63,821 nt of DNA, from assembly GCA_002269645.1 (NCBI GenBank), contig NIVC01000148.1, forward strand, positions 1 through 63,821, given 5' to 3'. Shown here one piece after another: positions 13,925 through 26,989 of the stretch. The position numbers were made by a program, and so were the translations under genes. Under the pieces are notes generated by a model. That model was not told the DNA's origin. It worked only from the letters and a program-made list of their open reading frames with translations, and did no database searches. Source of the stretch: Macrostomum lignano (Eukaryota). Positions within the stretch are counted from its first letter, which is position 1. Every line of letters begins with the position of its first letter.

Positions 13925-14325
13925 TTCACCCACCACTGTTTCACCCACTACCCCATTCCACTAACAACCCCACTTCAGCCATCACCCCATTTCACTCACC
14001 ACCCCATTTGACCCACCACCCCATTTTACCCACCACCCCATTTCACCCACCACCCCATTTCACCCACCACCCCATTTCACACACCACCCCATTCCACAAA
14101 CCACCCCATTTTACCCACCAGCCCATTTCAACCACCAGCCCATTTCGCCCATCACCCCATTTCACCCACCACCCCATTTCAACCACCACCCCATTTCACC
14201 CATCACCCCATTTCACCCACCACCCCATTTCACCCACCACCCCATTTCACCCACCACCCCATTTCAATCACCACCCCATTTCACCCACCACCCCATTTCA
14301 CCCACCACCCCATTTCACCCACCAC
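13925..14325. repeat. ~17-bp C-rich minisatellite (cacccaccaccccattt)
   Basis: Direct reading; lies between the convergent 3' ends of the DEG/ENaC and MMP genes. Confidence 0.95.
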
Positions 14326-14591
14326 CTCAATGCTAGATCCCGCAGGTGGCGCTTACAGCTAAACATCCACAGAACGATGCTTTTCACTGTTTTAATAAAC
14401 TAAAAACGACAAAGCAAACGAATAAAAAACAATATCGCGGGTGTTGTGCCGGGGGACACGGGAACGCAGTATAAAAAACCAAGTAAAAAACTGTTTGAAA
14501 ATTATTTCATGCACAGAGACAAGTAGCTACTTAACTCTGATCGCATCAGATTAACCAACAAACTATCTTATCAACTTGACCTCCCAGTGCA

Positions 14592-17500
14592 TCAGTCCTC
14601 CAGCTTGACCTCGCTCAGGTCGCACTTGCTGTGCTCAGGAAAGCACAGATCCGGCCACTTGTCGCTGGCCCGGCCACGGTAGCGCAGGAGTCCGGCCGCG
14701 GGCACCCCGGCCGCTGGCGGACGGTAGGCCGAATACGCCACGTCCTGCCAGACCTCCCGGCCCGAGAAGAAGTACAGGCCGCCATCGGCCAGGCGAAAGT
14801 ACACGGAGTCCACTGGCGTCTGCAGCGGCTTGTCCCCAGGCGCGGTTGGGAATCTGTCAGCAATTCTGCGGACCGACTCGCAGCAGTTGTTGAATTTGAA
14901 GCGCCTGGCTGAGCCGGGGTTGTAGATGAACACCTGAGGTTGGCGGGGGGGGACTGCTCAGTTTGCAATTATTGAAAACAAAACCAAAAGACACAAGAGC
15001 GCTTGTAGATGCAGCTCTGGTCGAATGAATGTCGCCGTCTATGAATGAAGAAAATTTTTCTGTATCTCAGTTTTTATGCTCTATTTCTAGGAATCCTCGG
15101 CGACAGCCGACACACTGCAAGCAGCCATATCCACACGCTCACACAGGGTGTACAAAAGCCCTGACTTTATCATCGTCAGGGCGGCGTTTTACGAACCAAA
15201 GTTCAATCTTAAGATCAAACTAAGGATTGAGTTTAGGATCGACGTGTTCTATGAAGATAAAAGTCGATCTTAGCTGGGATCCAACTAAGGTCTGACCTAA
15301 TGGAAGATAAGATCGAACTTACGACTGGTGCGTTTTAGCAAGAGACACTGTCTATGACCAAAACTGTCATGATCAATCTTAACTTTAGGACACATCTAGA
15401 GTTGTCCTAAGTTTCAAGTCGCTATCTGAACAGCAGGAGCCGATCTATTGGAATGAAATGTTTGCCGTTTTAATTGCTCGTCGTGCGACCGAGATGCATA
15501 TATAAAACGGCTAAAGTTTGACGCCACGCGGAATTAGTCTATGGTCAACCCTATCTTAAACAACCAAAGCTCGACCTTAGCTAAGATCGAGGTTAGAAGT
15601 GACTCCTAAGTGTTTGTAAAACGCATTTACGGCTCAGTCTTAAGTTCGAGCCTAAGTTGGAACTTAGGAGTCAGTCTTAGACGCAGTTCGTAAAACAACC
15701 CCCTCAGGCATGTACACTCTCTGCGTCTTTTTAATTGGTCCTCATGAGGCGAGAATCAGCTTGAGCGTCAGGTCAGCCTTCTCGTGTATAATATGCACTG
15801 CGATTAGGGAAAAGTTCCTCAATCCCAGATTCCAGGCTCACAGCCTCCTTAGTAGAAGTCCTTGCAATGGTAACTGAAAAGATTCCTAACTCACCCAGAT
15901 GCCCTTGAAAAAGTGCACCAGGCCGGTTCCGTAGTCGTAGAAGGCGCTGTCGATTCTGTCCGGGACGCTGTACGGGTAGCCCGGCTTCGGCCCGAAATTG
16001 TCCGCGATTTTCTTCGGGTAGCCCGGCTTTGCGGCCGTCTTGGCGCTGTCGAATTCCAGGAATTCGCCGCCTGGCCGAGGGGTGCGGGAGTGGGAGGGCT
16101 TAGGGGGATGGAATGTCCGGGTATGGATGGAATGTCCGGGTATGGGATGAAATGTCCGAGTATGGGATGGAATGTCCGGGTATGGGATGGAATGTCCGGG
16201 TATGGATGGAATGTCCGAGTATGGGATGAAATGTCCAGGTATGGGGTGGAATGTCTGGGTATGGGATAGAATGTCTGGGTATGGGTTGGAATGTCTGGGT
16301 ATGGGATGGAATGTCTGGGTATGGGATGGAATGTCCGGGTATGGGGTGGAATGTCCGGGTATGGGATGGAGTGTCCGGGTATGGGATGAAATATCCGGGT
16401 AAGGGACCGAGTGTCCGGGAATGAAATTTGAGGGCACCAGGCTGTGTCCGGGTACGGTATAGAATATCCAGGTATGAGACAGTGTCCGAGAATGTCCGAA
16501 TAACGTAAGGGTATAGGATATAATTGCCGAGATATTATCAGCTGTTAATAAAATAGCTGAGAGGGATGCAGCGCCACTAGATTAATTAGCTGTAAACCTG
16601 AGCAAGAGGCAATGTATCTCATAATTAAGAGTCTTCACTGTCAATCAGTCTGATAAGGGTACAATGGGATTTGGGGGATAAATAGGGCAGGTGGGATAAA
16701 ACTGATGATTAATTTGACCCGACTAAGCCAGGCCTGTCGCTGCAGCTAGAATCCGATTGTTATTTTCTAGAGTTTTCTTAGAAATCTAAGCAATATGAAG
16801 TTATATCGCATTGTCCAAGTCTTAGATTATCAATCTCAGTCTCCCAACTCCTCATGCTTTCTATCATCGCATGCTCCCCATCATCGCATGCTCCAAATCA
16901 TCTCATGCTCTCAATCATTTCACGCTCCCCATCATCTCATGCTCCCTATCATCTCATGCTCCTCATCATCTCAATACTCCCCATCAGCTCATGCTCCTCA
17001 TCATCTCATGCTCCTCATCATCTCATGCTCCTCATCATCTCATGCTCCTCATCATCTCATGCTCCTCATCATCTCATGCTCCTCATCATCTCATGCTCCT
17101 CATCATCTCATGCTCCTCATCATCTCATGCTCCTCATCATCTCATGCTCCTCATCATCTCATGCTCCTCATCATCTCATGCTCCTCATCATCTCATGCTC
17201 CTCATCATCTAATGCTCCTCATCATCTCACGAACTCAATCCACCCACCGAAGAAGAAGAACAGCAGGTACACGTTGTCCTTCCCAGCCGGGTCGAAGTCA
17301 ACCAGCTCTAGCGCCGCGTCCGGACCGTCCGGCACGCCCGGCCAGCCCTGGCCGACTGGCCGAGGATCGCCCAGGCGTGGCCGGCCTGCCGAATTGTCGA
17401 ACAGCCAGTAGAACTCGCAGGCGAAGAAGTAGGTGTTGAAGACCGGGTAGCCGCGCTCGGGTCGGTCCGAATCCAGTCGAAGACGGAGTTCACCTTGGCA

Positions 17501-18027
17501 GAGCAGGCGCCTGCGGATTCGCGAGTTGCACATCGCTTGCACCTGCTAGCTCACAACTTAAACTATTTCATCGGCGTCTATGCAAAATAGGCGTCTACAG
17601 ATCTCAATCTTTATAAGCCTTCGGACTGAGCCCGAGACGCACCGTAATTTTTCTGCACCAGACGGCGCTCCTGCGCTCCAATCTGAGGCGCCGGGCCGCC
17701 CTGCCGCAGCAAGTTGGCGGGGTGCATCACCGAGTCCGGGCGGGCGCTGTGCAGCAAGCCGAGGGTGTGCCCGATCTCGTGGATAAACACCCGTCGGAGG
17801 TCGACACTCGGGCCAGTCGACTGCCGCCGCTGCTGCTGAAGTGTCCCGCGGAAATCTTCGTCGGCGTCGATGTGGATGGGACCGGCGGCCCTGGCGTGCG
17901 ACACCTCGTTGCCGGGACCGTCGAAGGCGTGGCGGCAGGCTCCGTGTTGGACTGCGGGCGGGTCGACAGTCAGACAGACAGACAGACAGACAGGCAGGCA
18001 GAAAGACAGACAGACAGACAGACACTA

Positions 18028-18115
<88 letters not shown>

Positions 18116-18224
18116 GGACAGACAGACAGACAGACAGGCTGACAGGCAGACAGACAGACGGACAGACAGACAGACAGACAGGCTGACAGGCAGACAGACA
18201 GACAAGACAGACAGACAGACACTA

Positions 18225-18315
<91 letters not shown>

Positions 18316-19408
18316 AAGACAGACTGACAGGCAGACAGACAGAAGTCTCAACTCACGCCTCTCAAAGCTGACACTGATGTCAGCGGGAGGCCGGTCAGAC
18401 CAGTCGGCGGCCTCAACCGGCGCCGGAATCTCCCGGAAGTAGACGGGCGACACCGTCGCCCAGGAGCGAAAGGCTTCGGCCAGCAGGCGCCGCTGAAGCT
18501 CCCTGGGCAGCTGGGCGGACTCGCGGAATGGCGCCAGCTCCCAGGTGATCGTGCGGCGGTGAAACCGGTCGGCTGACGGCAGCTGACGGTGAAGGACGCT
18601 GCGAGGGTGGCGCCGGCTGGAGGTGGACGGCGGCACGCGATTCGCCTCCCTGGCCAGAGCGTCGGTGGAGTCAGCGAGGCCGCAGCGCCGCTCGTTCATG
18701 GCGTCCAGCGTCGGCGGGTCTGGCAGGCCGGTGCGGGGCAGCTCGTAGGCCGTCTGGAAGGCGATCAGAGCCGCGTTGATGTCGGAGCTGTCGGAGGCGG
18801 ACTGGCAGTCAGCGGCGGTGTTGCGATCGGCTAGTGCTGGCGGAGCCTTCAGCTCCGGGGACGTCTTCTTGGCGACGCCAAGAAGCTCGGGCAAGTCAGC
18901 GAGATTCTGCGGGACAGCGGAGCTGGCGGAGGTTGTTGACAGATTGTCCTTAGTGGTGGTTTCCAGCGGGTTGGCTTTCGCGGTGGTTTCCAGCGGGTAA
19001 CCGGTAGGGGTAGGTCGTGTCGCCGCCCCTTGGCCGCCAGGGGGGCAATCGTTCAAGTAGCCAAATTTCAGCAGAAAAGCCTGAAAAACAGCAGTTGAAA
19101 CTTTTCGGTTGCTCTCCGTTGGATTCCGAAAGCAGCCCAGGAGTGCCAACCCCCCCCCCCCAAGGCACAGAAAGTGTACATGCCTGACGATTGGAAAGTC
19201 AGAGCCACTGTACACCTGTGTGAGCGTGTGTGACATGTGTGTGTATGTTCAGTCAGCTTACCCGACCGACAGAGTGGAATGAGTTGGCAGTCACTGGCAC
19301 CGCGGCAGAGCCACCGTCAGCCCCTTCTGTCAAATGGTCAACTGGCGCGCCGCAGCCTGATGGCGGCAGCAGCAGCAGTGCAGAGATCAGTAAATATCCT
19401 GCCGGCAT
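14592..19408 (-). CDS. MMP21: Matrix metalloproteinase, MMP21-like (one apparent -1 frameshift)
   Basis: Exons 19408-19262, 19080-18357, 17951-17643, 17510-17248, 16070-15895 and 14933-14592 with consistent phases. Signal peptide, FLLKFGYL, cysteine switch RRCGLAD, furin-like RHPR|[12 protein letters not shown] plus Met-turn, and four hemopexin repeats with VFDWIR, FNTYFF, YWLFDN..RLGDP and KWPDLC. One base is missing in the GGG at 17459-17461. Confidence 0.85.
15179..15703. mobile_element. PIF/Harbinger-like MITE in MMP intron 5
   Basis: 18-bp TIRs gggcggcgttttacgaac / gttcgtaaaacaaccccc (15/18 match), flanked by a 3-bp direct repeat TCA at 15176-15178 and 15704-15706. Confidence 0.7.
16105..16400. 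repeat. 20-bp minisatellite (ggaatgtccgggtatgggat) in MMP intron 4
   Basis: Direct reading. Confidence 0.95.
16880..17225. repeat. 17-bp minisatellite (catctcatgctcctcat) in MMP intron 4
   Basis: Direct reading. Confidence 0.95.
17967..18341. repeat. (CAGA)n filling MMP intron 2
   Basis: Direct reading; ~16 nt from both splice sites. Confidence 0.97.
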
Positions 19409-19518
19409 CTTCCTCAGCTGTTGAGTGCAGTAATTAGAAAACCGAGGGCCCTGAGCCAGGGGATGCAAAAATTGCTTTGTTTTTGTAAACACGGGCAGGG
19501 ATGGGCAGGCGGCCTCTG

Positions 19519-19523
19519 ATTGG
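19519..19523 (-). promoter_or_regulatory. Possible CCAAT box upstream of the MMP gene
   Basis: tgaCCAATcaga on the minus strand, ~110 nt upstream of the ATG at 19408. Motif match only. Confidence 0.3.
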
Positions 19524-20589
19524 TCAGTGAGAGGGCTCAGAGCTTCCCCTCTCACTCGGCGGCTGCCTTCGGAACATTCGCGTCCGGAATAAAAAATTGG
19601 CTTTAGAAAAAAGTTAATCGAATTTAACGACTTTATCTGTATGCCCCCCTCCTCCTGTATTGACCTCCCTTATCTTCCTTCACTTCTCCTTACTCTCCAG
19701 TACTTTCTTCATCCACTTGCCATGTCACATGTCAGCCCAGTCGCTGAGTATTTGTCTGCAAGCATTCCGACTTCGCTGTAGAGATAGACTAAAGGCGGGT
19801 AGGGAGAGAGGAGACACAAGGCCTGTCAGAGTCAGGAAGCTCAGCAAGGGGCGCCGCCTTTATTCAGCCAAGGGGTCTCCTGCCCGCCTGCCTGCAGTCG
19901 GCGGACAATAAGACTGGCTAAATAATTAAGCTGGCGCTCCCCACTTGCCCAGCCTTCGGGTGGAAACCGGCTGAGAAGCAGGTCCAGCCTGCTGCGTGTG
20001 AGTGCAGATGGACAGCAGCATTGTTTTGGTCTCCAACGGAAACCATAAAACTTGCGGCACCACTAATCAGATGATGAATTGCTATTTCTCAATTAGCGTT
20101 GTTTTATCTTGGCAACATTGAAACCTGCGGCATTTCCTATGTTCCGTAAACTAAAGTCCGGCTGAACTACTAAGGTAGATGATACCTGCAGAACCGGAGT
20201 CTTCTGCGGGCTAATCAAAGGTGCGCGGCACACTGCCATCCCAGCAGACCCCCAGGTATACAGCCTTACACTTTTAACCTGTAGAGCAGACAGTAAGCAG
20301 CAAGTGAGTCCAAAGCCTAAAGTACAATTGTCGGGTTTCAGAAGCAATTTTCTGCCCAACCTCTCCTGTCCATCTCTTTTGCAAGAGGAAGCGGCTCATT
20401 TTTTTAACAAAAAAAGTTGAGCGCCCTCAGCCGGCGGCAACCCTGGACCAGAAGTTTAAAATTGAGCAAAGACGACGGATCAATTTCCAATCTTCAGTGC
20501 CCTCCAAACGACCCTGGATTCCACTGGCCAGTTAAAACTCACACTTCACCACCTCAATCTTTATCGGTCGATCTCCTCTCCTTATCAAC

Positions 20590-21660
20590 CAGCCATCTCA
20601 TTTCTTATCAACCATTCTACCCTCATTATCAACCAGCCATCTCATTTCTTATCAACCATTCTACCCTCATTATCAACCAGCCATCTCATTTCTTATCATC
20701 AACCATTCTACCCTCATTATCAACCATTCTACCCTCATTATCAACCAGCCATCTCATTTCTTATCAACCATTCTACCCTCCTTATCAACCAGCCATCTCA
20801 TTTCTTATCATCAACCATTCTACCCTCCTTATCAACCATTCTACCCTCATTATTAACCAGCCATCTAATTTCTTATCAACCATTCTACCCTCATTATCAA
20901 CCAGCCATCTCATTTCTTATCATCAACCATTCTACCCTCATTATTAACCCGCCATCTAATTTCTTATCAACCATTCTACCCTCCTTATCAACCATTCTAC
21001 CCTCCTTATCAACCATTCTACCCTCCTTATCAACCATTCTACCCTCATTATTAACCAGCCATCTAATTTCTTATCAACCATTCAACCTCCTTATCAACCA
21101 TTCTACCCTCCTTATCAACCAGCCATCTCATTTCTTATCATCAACCATTCTACCCTTCTTATCAACCAGCCATCTCATTTCTTATCATCAACCATTCTAC
21201 CCTCCTTATCAACCATTCTACCCTCCTTATCAACCATTCTACCCTCCTTATCAACCATTCTACCCTCATTATTAACCAGCCATCTAATTTCTTATCAACC
21301 ATTCTACCCTCATTATTAACCAGCCATCTAATTTCTTATCAACCATTCTACCCTCCTTATCAACCATTCTACCCTCATTATTAACCAGCCATCTAATTTC
21401 TTATCAACCATTCTACCCTCCTTATCAACCATTCTACCCTCCTTATCAACCATTCTACCCTCCTTATCAACCATTCTACCCTCCTTATCAACCATTCTAC
21501 CCTCCTTATCAACCATTCTACCCTCCTTATCAACCATTCTACCCTCCTTATCAACCATTCTACCCTCATTATCAACCATTCTACCCTCATTATTAACCAG
21601 CCATCTAATTTCTTATCAACCATTCTACCCTCATTATCAACCAGCCATCTCATTTCTCAT
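20590..21660. repeat. Compound ~21-bp minisatellite (ttatcaaccattctaccctcc / ttatcaaccagccatctcatttc)
   Basis: Direct reading. Confidence 0.95.
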
Positions 21661-22494
21661 CACATCTCGTCAAAATCAAAAAAAATCGAGAACACATCAG
21701 CCGTTCATTTTTCTGCGGATCAAAGCGCTCTCTGTATTGAAAAAATAGAATATAATATAGGAGATATAATAAGCGAGCCCTGAAGTCCGCTAAAGAGCAG
21801 TATATAAAGAGATATATTTGTGAATCATGGCCTCCAATGCTCTAGAATAGAAGCAGATCTGATACATAAGCTACGGTAGCGAGCATCCTACAGCAGCGTA
21901 CATTTATGACACCTCCACTGTTATTAACACAGTAAAGGAAGCTGGCCAGCGCCGCATCAAAAATTGAGAATGCAGAGCATTAAAAATTCAACAGCTGACC
22001 TATCAAAGATATTAAGCAGATTGCATCAGAAGCAGCAATATCTGAATCAGAATGCAGTTTAATAACAGAATTACAAAATAACGCACTGATAAATAATAGT
22101 AAATAAACAGTAATAGTACATAAACTTCGGACACATTTCAAATAGTAAATGGCGCAACTACGAGTATTATACACAATATTCTACAGATAAGTTTAAGGAT
22201 TAGATTATTCAATCGAAAATCTGAGCACAGTAGCGGATTTGATTAATCTTATAAGCATTTTGTGCAGTCGCAAGTAAGTGCTGATCCTGTATAGATAGGC
22301 AGGTTCTGCAGCAATATTCACATCTACACGCGCACTGCATTTGCGCTGACCCAAACACACCGACAGCAGTAAGCTGTGGAGCAGCAGAGGAGAGCGTTGG
22401 GGCGGCTGACGGCTAAACAAAGGTAAAGAGAATAGGGGACAGGTGGGAAAGGAAAAGACAGGCAGACAGAAAGAACCAGAAAGACAGGCATACA

Positions 22495-22651
22495 TACACA
22501 CAGACAGACAGACAGACATGCGCAGACAGACAGACAGACAGACACTGAGACACTGAGACAGACAGACAGACAGACAGACACTGAGACACTGAGACAGACA
22601 GACAGACACTGAGACACTGAGACAGACACACAGACAGACACTGAGACACTG

Positions 22652-22688
<37 letters not shown>

Positions 22689-22723
22689 CTGAGACACTGA
22701 GACAGACAGACAGACAGGCAGGC

Positions 22724-22790
<67 letters not shown>

Positions 22791-22811
22791 AAGACACACA
22801 GACAGACAGAC
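22495..22811. repeat. (CAGA)n with cactgaga interruptions
   Basis: Direct reading; begins ~10 nt after the stop codon of the sushi gene. Confidence 0.95.
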
Positions 22812-22819
22812 AGGTCAGA

Positions 22820-25289
22820 TCACGCAGCGCCGTCCGCACAGTCGGCCGGTTTGCCAACGGAGCCGCACAGAGGCCGGTTGCTGGCCAGGCTGCGGCTGCT
22901 GGTGCTTTCCAGAGTCGGCAGCGTCACCGAAGTGCCGTCGCTGAAGGCCATCGTTTCCAGGGAGCTGCGACACTGGGACTGCTGCTGCTGCTGCTGCTGC
23001 GGCGACGCGGCGCCCCCGGCAATGGAGACAGCTGGGGCCGGCAGGCTGACGGCGGTGGAAGTTGACAGAGTGTCCCCGTCGCACAGACCGCCGCCGCCGA
23101 GAGGTCCAGTCGACTGCAGCGGGCGCGGCCGTCGACGCGACTGGGCGCCCGAGAGGCTGCGCGACGCCGGGTTGCCCGCTTGCAGAGCAGGAGCGGCGCC
23201 GGCAGCCGCCGAGGCCGAAGCCGTTGGTGCGGCCGTCCCGCGGCCACCGCGGACAGCGGATCCGACGCCGGACAGCGCAGCCGGGTTGTCGGCGGCCACC
23301 GCCTCATCGTAGCTGGGCGGCCTGGCGGCTGACAGCAGGCGCACCAGATCGCCTCCGCCAGCGCCGCCGCTGCCGTCACCACCCCCGACGCCGTCGTCGT
23401 CGTAGGCGGCCGACGACGAGGCCCGAGGGAAGCTGCGCCGGCCGCCGGACGACGAGTCGAGCAGCAGGTCGATGGCGCCAAAGTCGTCATAGTAGTAGCC
23501 GCCGCTGGCATAACTGAAGTAGTCGAATTCGTCAAAGTAGGCGGCGTCGCGACTGCCAGCCGACGGGGTCAGAGGCGGCGGCAGCGGCCCCAGGGAAGCA
23601 GTTGAGCCGCCGGCCGCGGCAACTATGGCAGCAGCGGCGGCATTGTGACGCGCCCGGCGCCGGCGCAGAAATCTCGCCCGGCGTAGGGCGAGCAGAGCGA
23701 GAGCCACGGCCAGCAGCAGCAGGGCCAGCACGGCGCACGGGCCCAGCACCCAGGCCAGGGTGGTCATCAGGTTGGGCGAGCCGGCCTGCCCGACTGTTGG
23801 CGGTGCAGTGGCGCACAGGGACTCCGTGCCGGGATACCAGGTGCCGTTGGCCTGGCACAGGTGTGCGGTTTGGCGACCGCCGCAACTGCGCATATGGGGA
23901 AAAGGATTCAAGTTGAAAGCATTGTGAAAGCGAAGGTGGATTCTGTTGTAAAATAGCAGCGCATCCTAGGGAATCTTAGAGTTTTAGTATCAGCTCAATG
24001 GCTTATCAGTGCCAGTCTCTTGGTACCTCAGTGCCAGTCTCTTAGTGCCTCAGTGCCAGTCTCTTAGTGCCTCAGTGCCAGTCTCCTACATGTAGTACCT
24101 CAGTGCCAGTCTCTTAGTACCTCAGTGCCAGTCTCTTAGTGCCTCAGTGCCAGTCTCCTACATGTAGTACCTCAGTGCCAGTCTCTTAGACCTCAGTGCC
24201 AGTCTCTTAGACCTCAGTGCCAGTCTCTTAGTACTTCAGTGCCAGTCTCTTAGTACCGCAGTGCCAGTATCTTAGTACCGCAGTGCCAGTCTCTTAGTGC
24301 CTCAGTGCCAGTCTCTTAGTACCGCAGTGCCAGTCTCTTAGTGCCTCAGTGCCAGTCTCTTAGTGCCTCAGTGCCAGTCTCTTAGTGCCTCAGTGCCAGT
24401 CTCTTAGTGCCTCAGTGCCAGTCTCTTAGTGCCTCAGTGTCAGTCTCTTAGTGCCTCAGTGCCAGTCTCTTAGTACCGCAGTGCCAGTCTCTTAGTACCT
24501 CAGTGCCAGTCTGAAGCACAGAGAGCTGGCATTGAGTAAGGAGCTAGTACTAACGCTGAGGCACTTTCAGCCTTACTGTCTGCGCCACAAGTCCTCACTG
24601 TCCACTCACGTGAACACGGCCACCGAGTCTGCAAAGTAGAAATTGCAGGCCGGATTGAGGCACCTCTCGGCCGTGGCAGCAGCGGGTCGCCAGCAGCGAA
24701 CCGACTGTCGAACGCATCTCGGCAGGCTGTTGCGATCCCAGCGACCAACGGCTGGCGCCGGCTTGTCAGTAGCGGCCGCAGCGGTGGACGAGCCGGAAGG
24801 ATCAGCTGCACCCGGCAGACAAGTCCACCGAGCCGGGCCCAGCAGCACCGAGTCGGCGCCGATGCAATCCACGTAGACGCTCTGCCCGGGAGAGGCGGTG
24901 AGGTTGGACCAGACGGGCGCCAGGTCCGCCTCGGCCGGGGCCGGCACGCCGGGGACGCGGCAGACGCCCCAAGGCAGCTCGTCGGGGATCGGAGCGGGCG
25001 ACTTCGGGCAGCTCACGTCGGGATGCCAGCCAAAGCCGGGCAGGCAGACGGCGTAGCGACGCTCGGTGAAGCCGGGGCAGCCGTAGGACAGCAGGCCGCC
25101 CAGCGGCGCCTGCAGCGATGTCGATGCCGCCGAGTCTGTTGAAGCCGACGATGTCAGCAAAAGGAGGTGCGGCGGCGGCTTCGCGGACGACGGCAGGCTG
25201 GTGGAGTTGAACTCGCAGCCTGGCGAATCTGCCGCGGCGGCCGCCGCCCATGCCAACAGCGTGGCAACCAGGGGCAGCTGGGAAAGCAT
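22820..25289 (-). CDS. Type I membrane protein with three sushi/CCP domains and a cytoplasmic PPSY motif (SUSD4/SUSD6-like architecture)
   Basis: Exons 25289-24610 and 23885-22820 (phase 2 joins SVAVFT|CGGRQTAHLCQANGTW). Signal peptide, C..C..W..C sushi patterns, TM WVLGPCAVLALLLLAVALALLAL, RRARFLRRRR stop-transfer and PPSYDEAV. Confidence 0.75.
24005..24510. repeat. 22-bp minisatellite (cctcagtgccagtctcttagt[a/g]) in the sushi-gene intron
   Basis: Direct reading. Confidence 0.95.
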
Positions 25290-25354
25290 GCATTGAATGG
25301 CCCGTTTAATAAATGCAATAAGCATGAGTATCCCGACTTTACCTGCATTGAAAC

Positions 25355-26015
25355 TGCCTGTCCGCTCCCCCCTCCCCTACTCCCCTCCTACTCGCTTTAC
25401 CTGCCTGTCCACTCCCCTACTCCCTTTACCTGCCTGTTCACTCCCCCCCTACTCCCTGAGTCTGCCTGTCCGCTCCCCCCCCTACTCCCTGAATCTGCCT
25501 GCATGTCCGCTCCTCTCCTACTCCCTGAGTCTGCCTGTCCGCTCCCCTCCTACTCCCTGTACCTGCCTGTCCGCTCCCCTCCTACTCCCTGTACCTGCCT
25601 GTCCGCTCCCCTCCTACTCCCTGTACCTGCCTGTCCGCTCCCCTCCTACTCCCTGAGTCTGCCTGTCCGCTCCCCTCCTACTCCCTGAGTCTGCCTGTCC
25701 GCTCCCCTCCTACTCCCTGAGTCTGCCTGTCCGCTCCCCTCCTACTCCCTGAGTCTGCCTGTCCGCTCCCCTCCTACTCCCTGAGTATGCCTGTCCACTC
25801 CCCTCCTACTCCCTGAGTCTGCTTGTCCACTCCTCTCCTACTCCCGAGTCTGCCTGTCCGCTCCCCTCCTGCTCCCTGAATCTGCCTGTCCGCTCCCCTC
25901 CTACTCTTTGAATCTGCCTGTCCGCTCCCCTCCTACTCCCTGAATCTGCCTGTCCGCTCCCCTCCTGCTCCCTGAGTCTGCCTGTCCGCTTCCCTTCTAC
26001 TCCCTTTACCTGCTT
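25355..26015. repeat. ~32-bp minisatellite (ctccctgagtctgcctgtccgctcccctccta) between RPS8 and the sushi gene
   Basis: Direct reading. Confidence 0.95.
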
Positions 26016-26278
26016 GTCCGCTCCTGTGTTCTTTAATTCCTTAACTTGCCTACAATACGGCAGACAAGAGAAAAAATTCCAAAGAAAACAAGAGTATTTT
26101 TCAATCCAATTCATCGACACAACTTTTTATTTTTTCATAATTCAGCGATGCAGTTGCTACACACAGCAGCAAAGGTCTGAGCGCACACCAGCTAAACCAG
26201 TCTAAAAACGTCCCAAATGGTCACTGCAACATCAACAAAGGTACAGAATTATTCAGATACACAGAGCCGCCGGGGCAA

Positions 26279-26989
26279 CTACTTGGCCTTCTTGGCGCGG
26301 ATCTTCCTCAGGTAGAAGTCCAGCTCCTTGCCCTCCAGGATGTAGCCGTCGGCGCGGCCGCACTGGCCAGGCCTGGAGGTGATGCAGGCGTACAGACGGC
26401 CGCCGGCAAACTGCTCCAGCAGGGCCTGGGGCACCTCGGCCTTCTTCTGACGCTCCAGGTACTTCTTCATGGTCTTCTTGCTGCGGGTGAACGACAGCGG
26501 AGCGTCGCCGGCCGACTTGCCAGCGGCGTCGCCTTCCGCCTTGCCGGCAGCGTCCGACGCGGCTGCAGCAGCGGCATCGGCGGCGGCCTTGGACTTCTTC
26601 TCCTTCTTGCGGGCCAGCGGCAGCAGGTAGTGCGACTCGAACCACTGACGGAACGGTGTGGCATCGATGAGCACGATGGCATTCTTCACCAGAGTCTTGG
26701 TGCGCACCAGCTCATTGTTGCTGGCATTGTACACGGTGTCGATGATGCGAGTCTTGCGGGCGACTCCGCGCGATGGCCAGCTAAAATTGCCCGTGTCCAG
26801 GCGCAGGCCTCGAAGCTTGAGACCGCCGCCTCGAACTCGAACCGTATGAACTCGCTTGGCCGTGCCAGGCAGGGCGATCCTGGTCAGGGCTGGCGGCCGG
26901 CCCAGCTCGAACTTGCGCTTCTTGCGCAGCTGCTCGCGGCGTCCGCCGGTCTTGCGGCGCTTGTGGGTGCGATCGCGGGTGATGCCCAT
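26279..26989 (-). CDS. RPS8: 40S ribosomal protein S8 (eS8), single-exon CDS
   Basis: [44 protein letters not shown] and [25 protein letters not shown] downstream at ~26126-26131 on the minus strand. Confidence 0.97.
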   Translation of the reverse strand: MGITRDRTHKRRKTGGRREQLRKKRKFELGRPPALTRIALPGTAKRVHTVRVRGGGLKLRGLRLDTGNFSWPSRGVARKTRIIDTVYNASNNELVRTKTLVKNAIVLIDATPFRQWFESHYLLPLARKKEKKSKAAADAAAAAASDAAGKAEGDAAGKSAGDAPLSFTRSKKTMKKYLERQKKAEVPQALLEQFAGGRLYACITSRPGQCGRADGYILEGKELDFYLRKIRAKKAK

